Shown: positions 61,930-64,000 of the stretch, piece after piece
How the letters are laid out: every line of letters begins with the position of its first letter
Position numbering within the stretch: position 1 is the first letter of the stretch
From: Mobula hypostoma
Lineage: Eukaryota
Assembly: GCF_963921235.1 (NCBI RefSeq)
Contig: NC_086097.1
Coordinates: 187,924,001-187,988,000 of the forward strand
Length of the DNA stretch: 64,000 bases
Reading direction: 5' to 3'
Position numbers and translations under genes: made by a program
The notes under the pieces: model-generated
The model's input: only the letters and a program-made list of their open reading frames with translations
What the model was told of the DNA's origin: nothing
Databases searched by the model: none

Positions 61930-64000
61930 ATGAATTTTGATGAGTTTATGGCATCGCCGGACCCAGAGTTATTAGCGAAGGCGAAAAAGGGTGATGTATC
62001 TGAGATTGCTAGAAGGCTGGATCTTAAAGGAATTACGAAGGTTACAACAAAGCCCATAATTCAGAGAAAAATTGCGGATCACTATATAAATTCGGGACAT
62101 TTTGATGAAGATGTGTTAGATATATTTCCAATGGGTAAACTGGAGATGCAGTTACATATTGAACAGATAAAGTTAGAGCAATTTAAAGTGGAAGCAGAAG
62201 CTAAAAACAAAGATAAACAGAGGGAGTTTGAGCTAGCAATGGAGAAATTGAAGTCCGAGAATCAGGCTTCTGGTTCTAGGAAACAGTTTGTAGCTAATCG
62301 AGAAGTTATTTTGGCTCCTCCATTTAATAAGACAGAAGTAGATAAATATTTCCAACATTTTGAACCATTGCTATGATTTCAGGGTGGCTGAAAGATAAAT
62401 GGCTAGTGATGTTACAAAGTGTAATTAGAGGTAAGGCACAGCAAGTTTATACAGCTTTAACCTGCTGAACGAGCACTTGATTATGATATTGTGAAACAGC
62501 ATATACTGAAAGAGTATGAACTGGTTTCAGAAACTTATAGAGAAAGATTCAGAAATTTGAAGAAATCCGTGGACAAAACTTACGTGGAACTTGCCTACGA
62601 TAAATCTGTGTGTTTTGAGAGATGGGTTTCCTCTAAAAATGTGAATCAGGAGTATAATAAGTTAAAAGAGTTGATTTTATTGGAGGAATTTAAAAGGAGC
62701 CTTCCTGTTGAAGTAAGGACATACTGCTACATTGGACACTGCTACATTGCAGGAGTCAGCTAAATTAGCTGATGAGTATGCTTCAATTCATAAGAGTAAA
62801 TTTTCTCCAGGTAGAACTTTTAAAAGGAAAAATAGCACAGAGTGTCAGGGTAAACCAGAAATTAAATCTGAAGTTAGTGAGAATGGTAAAGATGAAGGGA
62901 GACATGTGAAGGAAAGACATTTTGGTCCTATTTGTAATTATTGTGAAACCTGGACATGTAATAGTTTTTGATTGAAAAAGAAAGAGAAGGAAGCAGTCCC
63001 AGATGCCTGTGTGCAGCATATTGAAACACCAGTAAATCCACAGAGTTCGATAAATACAAATGAAGTTTTGTTAGAGTCTGACCAAGTTCAGAGGGGATAT
63101 GAACATTTTATAATGGAGGGATTTGTATCCTGACAAGAGGGATCCTCTCCTGTGCCAATAAAAATACTCAGGGATACTGGAGCTTCTCAATCATTTATAC
63201 TAGACAGTGTTCTAAAGTTTAGTGATGAGTCTGACATTGATGAGGTAAACTATATATGAGGAGTTGGGAGTGCCCTTATGCCAGCACATTTACATAAAGT
63301 AAATTTAAGGTCAGGGTTAGTTACGGGTCCTGTTAAAGTAGGGCTGCAACCCAGTTTGCCCATGAATGATGTTTCTTTATTGTTGGGAAATGGTTTAGCA
63401 GATGGACAAGTTTTTCCCGAAGGACATTTGACTATTAAGCCTTTTTCTGATGAACCAAAGAGGGATTCTAACACAGATTCCTCCTGTGTTGTAACCCGAG
63501 CTATGGCTAAAAAGATTAATGTGCAGGATGGGTCTGTTACCCATGACTGTTCAACTTGGGATTCAAATTTTGAGGATTTGTCAGAAACCTTCTTACCTTC
63601 ATTGTTTGAACAAGATTATTGTAATAAGTCTGACCATGAAGATTTGTCCTTATCTCAGAAGGAGATGATAGCAGAGCAGAGTAGAGACCCTGAGATTATC
63701 AAATTAAAGGAACAAGCTCTTCCAGATAGCGAAATTAAGAAGGTGCCAGTAGGATATTATTTTGAAAATGGAGTATTAAAGAGGAAGTGGAGATCACCTA
63801 CAATTCTTGCAAGTGAGGAATGGGAAGTTAATCACCAGGTAGTAGTTCCTAAAGTTTATCGAAGTGAGATTTTAACTACGGCTCATGGTATGCCTTTGGG
63901 TGGCCCTCAAGGTGTAAAGAAAACTATGAATAAGGTTTTTAAACATTTTTACTGGCCCAGTTTAAGAAAAGATGTAGCAACATTTTGCAGAATGTGTCAT
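61930..64000 (+). pseudogene. Disrupted gag-pol (SCAN-like capsid region, Zn knuckle, protease, integrase N-terminus)
   Basis: ATG at 61930. YELVSETYRERFR and LKELILLEEFKRSLP motifs, ICNYC. Several frameshifts and stops. Confidence 0.88.

Larger units (their letters stand above)
60927..64000 (+). mobile_element. 5' part of a Gmr1-like Gypsy LTR retrotransposon (continues beyond the window)
   Basis: LTR, PBS, gag, CCHC remnant, protease ILRDTGASQSFIL, then the integrase Zn-binding region AHGMPLGGPQG...FYWPSLRKDVATFCRMCH with no RT between. Confidence 0.93.

Overview
This is eukaryotic, transposon-saturated DNA with no recognisable host gene, so it is intergenic or deep intronic. The repeat mix points to a cartilaginous fish, probably a ray (inference): CR1 LINEs with SGNH-esterase ORF1, Penelope/Neptune elements with minimal hammerhead ribozymes, Rex1/Babar LINEs, and HE1-like and Deu-domain SINEs. 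Both ends hold Gmr1-type Gypsy LTR retrotransposons, in which integrase lies upstream of RT. The left one is the 3' part of an internally deleted copy with PPT and LTR (1728-2587). The right one is the 5' part of another copy, with LTR 60927-61800, an exact tRNA-Pro PBS, SCAN-like gag, protease and integrase zinc finger. In between are a Nimb/I-clade LINE with RNase H and a 14-bp TSD, more than ten CR1 copies, several Rex1 copies, a Neptune RT/GIY-YIG element and a Tigger4/Zombi-like DNA transposon. Several insertions are nested, and their order can be read from target-site duplications. I found no convincing wholly new system. The best leads are RT-less retroposons with YY1-like heads and Rex1 tails, tiny hammerhead-carrying Penelope derivatives, a catalytically dead but still open Gmr1 derivative, and a TE-free island that may hold conserved regulatory sequence. 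Family names come from motif recognition by eye, not database searches.
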